From assembly GCA_002358555.1 (NCBI GenBank), contig DEPC01000115.1, forward strand, positions 1 through 60,067: a stretch of 60,067 nucleotides of DNA, given 5' to 3'. Below, piece after piece: positions 59,797 through 60,067 of the stretch; the first letter of the stretch is position 1; every line of letters starts with the position of its first letter. Under the pieces are notes generated by a model. It did no database searches, was not told the DNA's origin, and worked only from the letters and a program-made list of their open reading frames with translations. The translations under genes were made by a program, and so were the position numbers. The stretch comes from Hungatella sp. UBA3402 (GTDB lineage: Bacteria; Bacillota; Clostridia; Lachnospirales; Lachnospiraceae).

Positions 59797-60067
59797 CTCG
59801 TTGTGCTAGTTAAAATTTGTAGGCAGGAGTAACGCAGCAAACCAGATACCCCATAGCTCTACGGCTTCAGAGCCAGTAACACTAAGTCCCCTAAACCCTG
59901 TTAGAAACAGTCACAAAAGCCCCTAAACTCGCTCGAACAATAGGAACTTTTGCTCCTAACACAGAGTTGTAGGAACTAAAAGTTACTAAGGCTCCTGTAG
60001 ATGCAGGACAGGGAGTAGTCTTCTTCCGTGCGTTACTTTTTGGTGAAAATTTAACTAGCACAACGAG
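59797..60067. repeat. About 270-bp nested inverted-repeat element (MITE-like or structured RNA), cut by the window edge
   Basis: 18-bp perfect IR CTCGTTGTGCTAGTTAAA (59797-59814 / 60050-60067), inner AGTAACGCA/TGCGTTACT and several hairpins; fragments elsewhere in the window. Confidence 0.8.

Noticed and set aside
1..60067. CRISPR or other regularly spaced repeat array
   Set aside because: No repeat-spacer periodicity seen in any intergenic region and no cas, reverse transcriptase or recombinase gene

Overview
A 60-kb chromosomal window from a low-GC, spore-forming Firmicute, most likely Lachnospiraceae (inferred from gene content, sigma-A promoters and GGAGG ribosome-binding sites). Most of it is core or metabolic: nitroreductase, GH2, queA, a pseudouridine synthase-ligA-metA operon, an MCP, recQ-rarA, MarR-MATE, ferritin, spore-coat genes, MoxR-DUF58, nfnAB, L20 leader-infC-rpmI-rplT, tRNA-Asn and carAB. 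Accessory material: (i) a decayed IS200/IS605 element (tnpA and tnpB pseudogenes, ~892-1952); (ii) a Lac/Cel-family PTS operon carrying a GH78 rhamnosidase and an esterase lipoprotein but no phospho-glycosidase; (iii) an integrase-less variable region between tRNA-Asn and carA with a BlaI/BlaR1-like pair, a very AT-rich, 5'-truncated CXXX-repeat-type radical-SAM RiPP cluster with no visible precursor, membrane genes and orphan immunity-like genes. Non-coding signals: a ~270-bp nested inverted-repeat element with fragments scattered through the window, two further MITE-like families, a structured GC-rich motif present twice, a perfect 36-bp palindrome, and apparent GATC avoidance in core genes but not in the AT-rich island. 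I found no CRISPR array, rRNA, prophage or intact defence system, and I cannot claim a complete novel system. All family assignments come from motif recognition by eye, not database searches.
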